A stretch of 63,770 nt of DNA, counting the filler, from Reticulomyxa filosa (taxonomy: Eukaryota; Protista; Foraminifera), in NCBI GenBank assembly GCA_000512085.1. It is 16 parts of 16 records of this genome, joined end to end, with 100 filler letters (N's around TTAATTAATTAA, not from the genome) between each part and the next. Parts side by side here need not be neighbours in the genome. Positions count along the whole stretch, not along the records: positions 1 to 14,513 come from ASPP01011739.1; 15 more parts are not named here. One strand, given 5' to 3'. Of this stretch, positions 1-10,000 are shown piece after piece. Each line of letters starts with the position of its first letter. Position 1 is the stretch's first letter. The notes under the pieces were generated by a model that had not been told where the DNA came from, searched no databases, and saw only the letters and a program-made list of their open reading frames with translations. The position numbers and the translations under genes are program-made.

Positions 1-49
<49 letters not shown>

Positions 50-99
50 TATGTGTCTATTTGTATTATACACTGACGTGCTTTCTTTTTTTTTTTGAA

Positions 100-2485
100 T
101 TGGGCATGATATCAGAAAACGAAAAAAAACTGGTGATGACTGTCTTTACGAATGCGATTAACACATTAAGTGACGAGAACAAACAGCTGTTGCAGCTGAC
201 CGGTGCGGTGGAAATGCTGCAACGGGGAGTTGGGATTCACCACGCCGGTCTGTTGCCGATTTTGAAAGAAGTGATCGAAATACTATTTGCGGAAGGACTG
301 ATCAAAGTACTCATCGCCACGGAGACCTTTGCCATGGGTGTCAACTTCCCCACAAAGACGGTCATCTTCAGCAGCATTCGCAAATGGGACGGACATGCAC
401 GACGCTTCCTCACCAGCGGCGAGTACGTGCAAATGAGTGGTCGCGCGGGTCGACGAGGTCTGGATACGCGCGGCATTGTGATCATGTATGTGGATGAGTA
501 CATGCAGCCGGAAGAGGTGACGGAGATGCTGAAAGGACAGACTGATCGACTCGTCAGTGAGTTTCGCTTAACTTATCCAATGGTCATTCAACTGCTGCGG
601 ATGGCGGACGTGTCGCCTACGTATTTGCTGCAGCGCTCGTTTATGCATTTCCAGGCTTTGGAACGCACGCCCGAACTCACACATGCGCTGGACGTGTTGC
701 AACAGGAGGAAAAAGAGCTCATTGCTCAATACTTTTGCCAAGATCAGATCACCGATCATAACCACCACGTCGTGGACTTGCAAAAGATGGCCGAGTTTTG
801 CAGTCTTCAATCTGCTTGGACAGACCTGTCCATCGAATTCCAACGCGAGCAGTGTCAAATCAAATTTCTGCTGCCCTGGCTTAATCCCGGCAGGCTACTC
901 TTCGTATCGCAGTTGCAGCCAAAAAAGAAAATCTGGGGATGGGGCATCTGTTTGCGTTTCAAGAAGTCCGACTTCTATAATCCAGGTCTATTTTTTTTTT
1001 ATTTCAAGATAAATGAAACACAATATATATATGTATATATATATATATATATATACGCATATACGTATACAATATATACATATATGTATATATGTATATG
1101 CTTATTAAAAAAAAAAACTACTCTATGTAACATGCTTACTTACTATTCGTTTTGTACAATCTCAAAGGAAGTGCAAATGATGATGAAGACTTAAGGAGAG
1201 GACATGTTGTGGATGTGCTATTGCCATGTCACAGAGAATCTCCGGACGGACCTTTGCAACCAATCAGCTGTAAAGAGTGGTGTCAATTCATACTGAATCC
1301 CACCGACTGGACGGATGGCAAGACCTCCTCCATTCTGTTTCGGACCATATCGGTGACTCTTCACAGCATTGCGCGCGTGTCGATTGCTTGTGTAAATATA
1401 CCGTCTTCCATGCACTTGCATGCGCAAAGAGAGGGGTTGGCGGTGCGGCTGTTTGAATGTCTTCGCGCATTATTGTCCGATGAAAGCAACAAAAAGTCGT
1501 CGTGGCTTTACACAAGCTTGTCTACACTCGACTGTGAAAGGATTCAAGACGAACATTACCAAGCACCTTATCTGCATCCCATTTCCGATCTGCGTGTTCC
1601 CGCGTCCAAAATCAAAGCGACCATGACCAAAATGGAGCAGCTGCAGGAGTCGATACGTTGCCACGATGTTTCGAAGCAGCTAAAAAATGGAGCCAAAATT
1701 AAAGAGTATGTAATGCACTTCCAACGAAAGCAAGAACTCGACCGCGAAATTTCCAAAATTCAACAAGAGCTAGACGCATTGCAAAATAATGAGCACATTA
1801 TGTCACGACTCAAAGGAATGGAACAAGTTCTTGAAAAACTCCAACTGATCGACAGTAAACAACATACTGTCACTCTCAAAGGAAGAATCGCTTGTGAACT
1901 TTCATGCGCCGATGAGCTGGTACTTACCGAATTGTTATTTACTAACATTTTGCCTGAGATGAAATCTCCTGCTCATGTCAATGCTTTATTGTCATGTTTT
2001 GTCACTGAAGCAAAGGTATACGTCATTTTTAATGTGTTGTTTTTTTTTTTTTTTTTTTTAGCAAATTAATATTTCAACTGGCTTCATTATAATAGATACC
2101 AAAGGGTAGTACATCTGAATTGAAAAATGCGGAATTGGAAAAGTATCATCTGCTTTTGACTAGAAAAGTTCAACGTATTGCTAAAATATGTAAAAAATGC
2201 AAGTTGGAAATATATGTCAATCAGTACAAGAACAAATTCAGTTGGTTGATGATGGAACCCTGCTTCGCTTGGACAAATGGCAGCAAGTTTCAAGATATCA
2301 TCACTATGACCATACTACACGAGGGGTCCATTGTTCGGGTCATTCACCGATTGTTTGAGCTATTGAATGAATTGATACACTGCTCGCATATTATGGGAAA
2401 TGAACAATTAGCAAAACTCTTTGAACAATGCCAAAAGTTGATCAAGAGAGATATCATTTTTGCTCCATCACTATACCTTGGATAA
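100..2485 (+). CDS. MTR4: Mtr4/Ski2-family DExH RNA helicase, 5'-truncated; exons approx 100-985, 1168-2015, 2096-2485
   Basis: Motifs GVGIHHAGLLPILKE, ATETFAMGVN, GEYVQMSGRAGRRGLD, arch/KOW LNPGRL..WGWG, KGRIACE..DELVLTELLF and C-terminal EGSIVRV..IKRDIIFAPSLYL. GT-AG introns 986-1167 and 2016-2095 join the ORF pieces in frame. Confidence 0.93.
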
Positions 2486-2836
2486 TTTATTGCTGCTATT
2501 GTCACTGCTATCACATTGTTTTTTTCAAATATTTTCCAATTGTCTACAATTTTTCCTTGCTTGTCTATTTTGTTTTTATTTGATTTATCATTTGAAAATT
2601 AAGATAAAAAGCAAACTATTTTTCAGTAATATAGTCCTTCATAGAAACATCCAATCTATCATTTTTTTTTTTGTAATAGAGTACAGTATTATTATTGACC
2701 TAAATGTACTCAACAGAGAGAAAATGTACTTATTCAATATAGAAACAAAACACATCAGGACTTTTAAAAAATTGTTAAAAAAAGAAAGGTGACGTTCCCA
2801 GCAGGTTCATATCCTAACTACTTAAAAAAATTGGAC

Positions 2837-4547
2837 ATGTCAAAAACTGAAAAAACCAAAAAAGATGAGAAAAATTCCAAATCAAAAAAAATAAAAAAAA
2901 ATCGACGAACAGACAATCAACTGAGTAATTTTACTTGGCCAGACTGTGTCCAGCCAAGTGGAAAAACGCATTGGGGGGAATGGAAAGAGACCAACGCGAA
3001 GCATATTTCTGTCAGATCTGACGATTACATAACTGTAAAAAAAATTATGTTTACATTTTTGTTTGTTTGTTTGTTGTGTATGCTTGCCTTACATACCAAA
3101 AAAAAAAAAAAGTAGTTAAATGGGTTACAATACTGACAACAAAACAAAAAATTGAATGTATTGAAAGAGTCGAAAAAAAATAAAGTCAAAACGATCATTA
3201 CTGAAATTAGCGTATCAAGAGTTTATTGAGGCAACTCTGGAAGAGTCGAGGCATATTGCCACGCACGAACATTCTTGGTACAAAAACAACCACACGAAAT
3301 TGCCAAAAGACACATTTCATTTGATTGTGAGTATTCAATTGCAAAGTATAAAAATAGCAATAATAAGTTATTATGTGATGCGAACGGACGATTCATTGTT
3401 TGGAGGAAGTGAAAGCAATGGAGATGACACGAGAGCGGAGAACGGGCTAGCCGTACCTGCTGTTGACAATGAAGCAGAGACGCTGAAGAGCAGCAGCAGC
3501 ATGGCGTCGAACAGTGAGTTAAAAACAAATGGAAACAATCCTATGAATGCTAGTAGCAGTGGTTTGAACACGGAAAACTTAAAATTATATAATGAGTTGA
3601 TGGAGTTACAAGAACACGAAAACACAGGTTTGCATCCAATTGCTAACTTTTTTTTTTTTTTTTTTAAAAAAACGGGATGTGTTTTCAATGTGTGTTGTTA
3701 TCACCATCCGTACACGCAATCTTTATCTATTTATTTATTTATTTTTTTTGTTTGTTATTCAATCCATTTGTTTTTGTCAATCAAACAAAAAACGAAATAT
3801 TTTTGTGAGTAGTGATTTAGACACATTCTGCTATGCTTCCTCTTTTTTCGCAAATTTTTTTTATGGATTTGTTATAACGGATTTTTTTTGGGAAAAAAAA
3901 AAAAAAAAAGAAGAAAAAGAAGCTGAAAACGTAAAGGTGAAAGAAAAAGAAGAAGATGAAAAAAAGTGCAACAACAAGTTGGTCATTTATGCCAAAAATT
4001 CATTACGCACCATTAGATGGAAATTTCTCTCTGCCAAACAATAATAACAACAACACTGATAATAACAGCATTTGGAAACAATTTTTAAGCAATAATCACT
4101 CGCTCATCCATGACCGTTTAAAATTGATTCCTCATGTTGTAAAATCACCTTGGTATTTGCCTATTCCAAGCAAACCAGTGCTGCTAGGAAAAATACTCTC
4201 CATCACGCACTTACCGCGGTGAAAATTATTTGGAAGTTGATATTGAAGCTGATTCCACCAAGTTAGCACAAAAAGTCGTCAAAGGTGCTCATGGTGTTAG
4301 CAAACAAATCATTGTAGATATTGTTTGGGTCATTGAAGGATGCAAGGCCGCTGAACTGCCAGAAAGGTGCTTGGGCGGTGTTCGCTTGTTTAATGTTGAT
4401 GTCACCAAAGTCACTCCTTTGAAAAAATGGGATGACGACACTTTTACCAAAAACTCTGCTGCAGATGAAACCGAAGAGAGCGAAAGCGAAGCTCTGCCTC
4501 AAGAAAGCTACGAAGTTGATGATAAAGAGATAATGGGGGTTGATTAA
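2837..4547 (+). CDS. EDR2 C-terminal-like (DUF1336) domain protein, multi-exon
   Basis: Motifs SVRSDDY..KKIKS..LLKL..HIA, RLKLIPHVVKSPW, KPVLLGK, YRGENYLEVDIEADS, IIVDIVWVIEG..ELPERCLGGVRL. Intron 3035-3167 is in frame. One extra T near 4211 breaks the frame. Confidence 0.8.
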
Positions 4548-4951
4548 ATTTTTTCACCCTCTTTTATTCAGACAATTCAAAAAAATTCAATGCCCCTCTC
4601 GATTTTTTTCTTCTATTGGATGATTCAAATGAAACACTTTTGTGTTTTATTTTGCATTTTTTGCTATGTTGTTCATTTATTTCATACTTTTTTTTTGAAC
4701 ATTTGATTTGGGCATGATATTCTTGTGCAACTTTCAATGTTGCAAATTTCCCTATCACAAAAATTTTTAGATGGCGCTGCAAGACAAAAAACCAAAATTG
4801 ATAATTATTGAGGGAAAAAAAATATTGAGCAATTTCAAACAAAAACTTTGGTCCATATCCACAAGCAAACTCCAAGATAAATTTAGACATTGCAAAAGAA
4901 AAAACGGAATATGTTGGGGTAAAATAACACAAAGACAATGAAATGAAAGAC

Positions 4952-6375
4952 TTATTGTTCATCATAAGTATCGGAATCACTTCGCGTATCAACAACGGCT
5001 TTTTTCAACCAGACTTTGCGATAAAGGATAGCAGAAATGAATGTCAGCCAATAGCAATGCAAGCAAAGCAAAACCCAAAGTCCAGGAATGAAGAAATACC
5101 AAGCCCAGTGACAAGAATGTGTAGGAACAGTGTCAAACGTGGAGGAAAGAACGACTTTCCAAGCGAAAAGGGACATGCGAACGAAAACCCAGTGTGAGAC
5201 AAAACAAACAAAAAAGAATTCCTTGAAGAACGTGTTGTGATGATATCCACTGACTTTGGCAGCAGCCAAAAAGAAATCGGTAGCATCGTGGCAAAACATG
5301 ACAATGGTGCCACATTCTGTCAATCCGTAGTGCCAAGAGAGCCAAATGAGACCGACTGTTGTCCAATGATGGAGAACCATTGCCTTTTTGGAGTTGAATG
5401 AAAAACAGAAGCAAACAAAGAGTTTAGTAGAAAGGGAAAGAAAGCCATAATTCTAACAAAAAAAATAAAAATAAATGAAATTACCACAAAGTCCTTTCTT
5501 TGATGATCAAAAAATTGGAAAACAGCACGGTGCATATGATATCCCGCACCGATGCAATAAAAGGCAGTAGTGTGCCATGTTTCCTGTTGTGGGAACTGGA
5601 CCCACAACAGTTTAGTGTCCCAAAACGAAGGCTGGCACCACATCACATAGCATCCAAACAGACCATTGAATGCCACAGTCAATCCTTTCCACACTTCTTC
5701 CAAATACTTGTGAATCAATTCTTCTTTTTGCACCTCTGTCCAATAATATGCCCAATACTTTTCCATTTGCTCCTCGTTCCATCCAGTTTGTTCACACCAC
5801 TCTTTCATTGAAATTATTCTTTTACCTTTATTTTTGTTCTTGCCTTCGTTTTCATGTTTGTCAATAAAGTTTTGAAGCTCTTTTGAATGCTTCGCATTTT
5901 CGTCACTTTTTTCTCGTTTTTCCAATTTTTCTTCCTTTTTTTTTTCTTTTTTTTTTCTTTTTCTTTTTCTTTTTCTCTTTCTTTTTCTTGTTCCAGATGC
6001 TTCAACTCTTTTCCTCTTCTCTTTTTCCATTCGCCGTGCAATTTTTCCAATTTTGCTTTGTCACGTGAGGAGTCTACAAAACTGGGTATCAGATTTTCAC
6101 CATATTCAGCTACTGCCAATCGTTTGGCTGTTCCTCGCAACTTGCTTTGAAGTGCGTGACGCCATAATGAACATACTCCCAACTTTTTACATTTTTTTCC
6201 CATTTGTTTTAGTTTACACTTTTAGCAAGGTTGTAAACGGGCAATAAAAACATACCCAAAAAGCGATCATCGCTGACAATTCCCACTGAGAATGAGTTGG
6301 TTGGATGTTTCTCACGTTTGGAAGACAAGCTTCCGTATTTGACAAACCGGTCACAAAATCTGACCAGCGCTCCAT
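4952..6375 (-). CDS. TLC/Lag1-family ceramide synthase
   Basis: Lag1 motif RKDF.|.MVLHHWTTVGLIWLSW..GTIVMFCHDATDFFL with conserved HH and DxxD; C-terminal DTRSDSD. Intron approx 5382-5485. Two apparent homopolymer frameshifts near 6220 and 5940. Confidence 0.85.
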
Positions 6376-7031
6376 TGCTTTATATATATGCAAATTAACA
6401 CAAAATTTCAGAAAAAGGAAAATCCCAAACTTGAGGCAACTTACAGCTTTTCTTTGCAAATTTGTTTTGTAAAAAAAAAAAGCACAATAAAGTGTAATAT
6501 ATAACATTACATGGCCAATTGACGTCAAGTGGTGTACAAAAGTGAGCCTATGAAATGTTATAGCTTTTTTAGTACAAGCACATGCTACATTTTGAAAGGT
6601 TGAGAAAAAACAGCCAGATATTTTATCGGGTGGAAATACAGTTGTATTAACTTCCAATATCGGTACAGCTATGGAATTAGTACGAAAAATAGCATGATGT
6701 TTGATCCTTCTGAAAAAATCCAATTATTATATGTTTAGTTATATACATTTTGTTTCTAGAGCGATTTAAACTTTATGTGCTTATTTATTTTTGTACTAAT
6801 CAATAATATTTAATGCACATTTTACATATTCCAGGATTTATTGTTTTTCAGTACCAAACACTTTATTTCAAATAAATTTTTCCTTGGTGTTGTAAAAAGT
6901 TAATGAATTAGATCAAATTTTTGTTTTCATTGCTCATCGATCAGAACTTACCTAAGGCTTCTGACCGTTTAAAAACAACTCCAAAAAAAAACAGTTCCCC
7001 GTCATCTTAGAAAAAATTAATTAATGAAACA

Positions 7032-10000
7032 ATGGAAGTTACAAAACAAAAATTAAAAGACTATTACAAAACTCAAGACAAATTAGTTCCATTATTTGAC
7101 GACCCTCAGCAGTCTGTTGACACTTGCTACGTTCGATTAGCCTTTGTGAGCCAACAATTTCAAGAAGAAAAAGTGAATATCCCAAATAAATGGAGTGACA
7201 ACGAAAAAAAAGAAGATGATGAAAAATGGCCAAATAAACTGAATTATTCATTAATAAATGATGATGATCAAAAAATAAGAGAATTGCAAGATATTTGGAA
7301 AATAGAAGAAAATGGATTGGAAACGCATCACATTAGTATTTATGGAGAAGCTGGAAGTGGAAAAAGTGTATTAACTCAAAGGATTACATATTTATGGGCA
7401 ACAAATCAAATGTGGAATGATCGATTTGAATGGTTATTACATATTCCTTTGAGAAAAATTTTCAATATTTTTGATAAAACTAGGAATAAAAATAATGATA
7501 TAATTAAAATGCAATGGTCAAAAATAATAAATGAATTACATATTCCTCAATGGAATATAGATGATACAAATATTGTATATTCACAAAATGGATTATTAGT
7601 ATTAGATGGATTTGATGAAATTGCAAATGAATTAAATAAGAAACCTGATTTAAAACAATGGTTACAACATTGTACTGTGAATAATGATAATTTTTGTGTA
7701 ATTATAACAAGTCGTCCTAATATAATGTGTTCATATTGGAATAATAATTCAAAAATATTTAATATAATTGGATTTCAATCACAAGATATTCAAAAATATG
7801 TTTATTCATATTTCCAAAATCTTAATTGTAATTATCAAGCAGATTTATTATTTAAAAAATTAAATAATAATTCTATTTTAGAATCATTAAGTCATATTCC
7901 ATTATATTTGTATTTATTTTGTTATTTGACAAAACAACAAATATTTGAAATAAAAGAAGAAAAAGAAAATAAAACTCAAGAAAAATTATTATTTGATGAA
8001 TTAAGTGATATATCTATTTCAAAATTGTATAAAATATTATTAGAATGTTATATGAGATGGAATTGGATAAAATGGAATGGAATAAAAAATCAACCAAATT
8101 CACAATCAATATTTAATATTTTTGAAATGGAAATGGATTATTTATCGCATATTGCATGGGAAGCATTAAAATGTGGACAATCTATCATTTCTTGTGAAAT
8201 ACAACAAAAAGTATTAAATTATATTAAAATAAAATATCCAAGAAAACATATTACAGTTATTTCTCAATGGTCTCGAATTAATTTATTTACATTTTTACAA
8301 GGACAAAAATTTATAAATTCATCCTATCCAATTGAATCAGTGTATTTTCCTCATTTAACATTTCAAGAATGGTTTGTTGCTTATTATTTGGTCAATTGTT
8401 TATATCAATCAAATGAATCAAATGATCATCAACAAGTATGTTCTATTTTAATTAATCAACAACTTACTCCAAAATATTCAGTAGTGATACCATTTATGGC
8501 AGGAATATTATATGATAATATTGAAAATAAGAAAGATTCATCAGGATCAGGTTTATTGTATTTTTGGAAATTGTTACATTCATTATCACCTCAACCGATT
8601 TTTATTCATCAAACTATATTATATATGCGTTGTCTTGCAGCTTGTAAAGCAGATACTAATAGTTTATTTCTTTCATCTCAACTCCAAAATTGTCATAAAA
8701 CACTCATTTGCTCATTCAAAACATTATTCATTTCTTGGATCAATTTTAACCAAGACAAAGATTATACTTATAATAAATTAGACAAACAGATCATGCATAA
8801 ATCAATTAATAATATAATGAAATTATATTTACCTAATTTACAACATATTCTTATTCATCCAGATATTCATTCATATATTATAGATCAAATTAAGATATTT
8901 CAAACTAATATGAACAGATTTGATGAAGATTATCTATTAAGAAAAGATTATATCAATATATTAAAATATTTGTGTATTTCTACAGAAACTACAAATAATG
9001 TTGTACAATGTTGTATGCAAGGTCTTCAATATTATCAAACTAATAATATATGTAATGAATATGCAAAATTAATTTGTGCAATAGCCATGAAATTGAATGA
9101 AAAACAATTAGATAATGCCATAATATTTTTTATGGAAGGATTTCAAGATAAAGTTATTCATGATATATGTATAGGATCACTTAAAATAATATTACAATAT
9201 ATGAATAAAAAGCAATTAGATGATACTTTTGAATGCTTAATGAATGAATATAATAATGAAAGATTAATGCGTTGTCATTTTTGTTTAAGTACACTTGAAG
9301 CAATAACAGAAAAATTAAGTGGAGAACAATTAAATAGTGCTTTGAAATGTTTGGTACAGGGATTAAATGGTCAAGTGAATACAATTTTTTGGCAATGTAC
9401 AAATGCAATTGAAAAATTTTTAATGAAATTAAGCGAAAAACAATTAAATGATACTCTCAATTTTTTGATTTTTCGATTAAATGATGATTTTGAATTCGTT
9501 CGTGATCTATGTGCATCAATAATTAAAACAATATCAACTCAATTAAATGAAAAACAATTAGATTATGTTTGTAAACATTTATTATCTGGAGTTGGACATA
9601 CAAATGAAAATATTAATCATTTACGTACAATATTATTTAGAGATATTTCAATACAATTAAATAAAAAACAATTAAACAATATTTATCAACATTTAATTGA
9701 TGGATTAATCAAAGATGAAAGAATATTTATTCGTCGATATTATGCAAAATTACTTGAGATACTTTCAATAAGATGGAATCAAATACAATTAAATAATATT
9801 TTAAAATGTTTAATGAATAAATCAATTGATGATAAAAATAAATGTGTTCGTTGGACATGTAAAGAATCACTTAAAGTTATTTTATTAAAATTGGATAAAA
9901 TACAATTAAATAATATTTTTCAATATTTGATAAAAAATTTAAAACATAAGAAACAAAGCATTTTCAAATTATATATTGATCTATTGATGGTAATTTCAAT

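Noticed and set aside
4200-4235. Programmed frameshifting or readthrough in the EDR2-like gene (also near 5940, 6220, 18915, 30168 and 33905)
   Set aside because: Most shifts sit at homopolymer or simple-repeat runs and a single-base indel restores the protein. Sequencing error is the simpler explanation, though reads are needed to confirm.
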